A stretch of DNA of 64,000 nt, taken from the NCBI RefSeq assembly GCF_044456985.1, contig NZ_JBITGL010000015.1, forward strand, positions 71,269 to 135,268. The letters are read 5' to 3'. The DNA comes from Nonomuraea sp. NPDC050663 (GTDB lineage Bacteria > Actinomycetota > Actinomycetes > Streptosporangiales > Streptosporangiaceae). Positions 63,218 to 64,000 of the stretch are shown here, piece after piece. How positions within the stretch are numbered: position 1 is the first letter of the stretch; each line of letters opens with the position of its first letter. Made by a program: the position numbers and the translations under genes. The notes beneath the pieces are model-generated. The model saw nothing but the letters and a program-made list of their open reading frames with translations, was not told where the DNA came from and ran no database searches.

Positions 63218-64000
63218 CGAGCGTGGCAGCAGGTCCCAGTGGGCCCTGGTCAGGTCGTCGGCCAGGCTCCAGATCTGCGGCAGCGTCAGCGAGGCCGAGG
63301 TGTTCGGATCCACCATGAGCGCGTGCCGTACATGCTCGGGCCTGCCCTCCAGCGCGGCCCTGACGGTCAGCTCGTTGACGCTGACGTAGGCCTGGTTGAG
63401 CGCGGCGCACTGCGGCGGCAGCGCGCCGACACGGGTCGGCTGCACGCCGTTGGCGTCGACGACGCACGGCACCTCGACCACGCAGCCCGCGGGCAGGTTG
63501 GAGATCAGGCCGTCGTTGACCACGTTGCCGTAGATCACGCGCGGGGTGCCGGTGACCATGCTGTGGATGATCTGCGGCGCGTACTCCCCGGTGCCCTGCG
63601 GGGCCAGGTCGCCGCCGTGCCGTACGGCGTCGCGGGTGCGCTTGTATTCGCGCAGGTTCTCCTCGCTGATGCGCACGTACTCGCCGACGGGGATGCGCAA
63701 GCGCTCGATCTCGCTGTCGTGGTGCATCAGCCAGGGGATGTACTCGGCCGAGTGCTCGCTGGTCTCGGTCGGGTAGTAGCCCAGGCGGCGGCACATGTCG
63801 ACGCGCACGCGGCGGCTCAGCTCGGGATCGGCCAGGTCGAGCCGGTCGTAGAGGTTCTCGCCCTCGCGCTCGAAGCGCAGCACCCAGGCCTGGTGGTTGA
63901 CGCCCGCCGCCAGGTAGGAGACCTCCTCGTACGGCACGCCGACCAGCGCCGCCAGGTCGTGCATGGTCCAGTAGACCGAGTGGCACAGCCCGACGACGTT
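63197..64000 (-). CDS. Glycoside hydrolase family 4, C-terminal part: 5' end beyond window
   Basis: Paralog of the 61120 gene (...GVNHQAWVLRFEREGENLYDRL...SEHSAEYIPWLMHH...). The minus-strand frame stays open to the window edge. Its 3' end overlaps the DeoR 3' end by 21 nt. Confidence 0.7.
   Translation of the reverse strand, partial: NVVGLCHSVYWTMHDLAALVGVPYEEVSYLAAGVNHQAWVLRFEREGENLYDRLDLADPELSRRVRVDMCRRLGYYPTETSEHSAEYIPWLMHHDSEIERLRIPVGEYVRISEENLREYKRTRDAVRHGGDLAPQGTGEYAPQIIHSMVTGTPRVIYGNVVNDGLISNLPAGCVVEVPCVVDANGVQPTRVGALPPQCAALNQAYVSVNELTVRAALEGRPEHVRHALMVDPNTSASLTLPQIWSLADDLTRAHWDLLPRSLRQLDL

Noticed and set aside
1-64000. Search for CRISPR arrays, IS elements/transposases, integrases, tRNA/rRNA genes
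   Set aside because: No direct-repeat/spacer architecture, no transposase or integrase-like ORFs, and no tRNA-like cloverleaf candidates were recognised by eye. A tRNAscan/Infernal run would be needed to exclude small RNAs definitively.

Overview
This 64 kb window is very GC-rich (about 70-73%) and densely coding, with the gene content of an actinomycete chromosome; Streptosporangiales-like is only an inference from composition and content. I found no rRNA, tRNA, CRISPR array, transposase or integrase. About 55 protein genes can be supported, most by recognisable family motifs read directly from the translated ORFs.

In order along the window:
- 1-3.6 kb: a partial class I/II aminotransferase, a divergent LysR regulator, RNase HII and a luciferase-like monooxygenase.
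- 3.6-6.7 kb: a secreted DUF11 protein, a small conserved hypothetical protein paired with a MinD/CooC-like ATPase, and a TPR protein.
- 6.7-9.9 kb: an Rrf2 regulator with a sulfonate/nitrate/taurine-type ABC transporter (permease, ATPase, lipoprotein substrate-binding protein).
- 9.9-11.2 kb: an LCP-family cell-wall ligase.
- 11.4-15.9 kb: a small block of a SAM methyltransferase, NAD-epimerase, cytochrome P450 and a FabH-like KAS III that carries large in-frame tandem repeats, plus an intergenic repeat array.
- 16-22.6 kb: an MFS transporter; a truncated thymidylate-synthase-like protein translationally coupled to a 4-TM membrane protein; a beta-lactamase-family hydrolase; and a LysR regulator with a DapA-like aldolase and an FAD monooxygenase.
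- 22.7-25.1 kb: a MarR regulator and an ABC-F ATPase preceded by a 7-codon upstream ORF.
- 25.4-33.6 kb: an operon of NfeD-like protein, 716-aa flotillin and a giant 1819-aa protein with a propeller-like N-terminus, coiled coil, disordered TGSP-rich linker and C-terminal AAA ATPase. This is the most striking uncharacterised system in the window.
- 33.8-37.3 kb: quinone oxidoreductase, rhodanese, a CGNR zinc-finger protein, an alpha/beta hydrolase and an HPP membrane protein.
- 37.3-41.3 kb: a PadR-menB-aminoglycoside-phosphotransferase operon divergent from a carotenoid cleavage oxygenase, then an ArsR regulator.
- 41.3-45.5 kb: DUF3073, a PoxB-like TPP enzyme, DUF1269, a small membrane protein and an AI-2E transporter.
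- 45.9-53.3 kb: ArsR with an SRPBCC-VOC fusion protein, TrkH/TrkA, a PrpE-like acyl-CoA synthetase translationally coupled to a large LuxR regulator.
- 53.3-60.0 kb: LURP-one-like protein, an S8 lipoprotein protease coupled to a ClC channel, a PL8 polysaccharide lyase, a second AI-2E transporter and a DUF3800 protein.
- 60.1-64.0 kb: hemerythrin, a CBS protein, and two GH4 glycosidases flanking a DeoR regulator.

Several hairpin terminators, candidate operators and repeat arrays are annotated from the DNA itself. Every family assignment is from motif recognition by eye without database searches, so all would need confirmation by HMM or BLAST.
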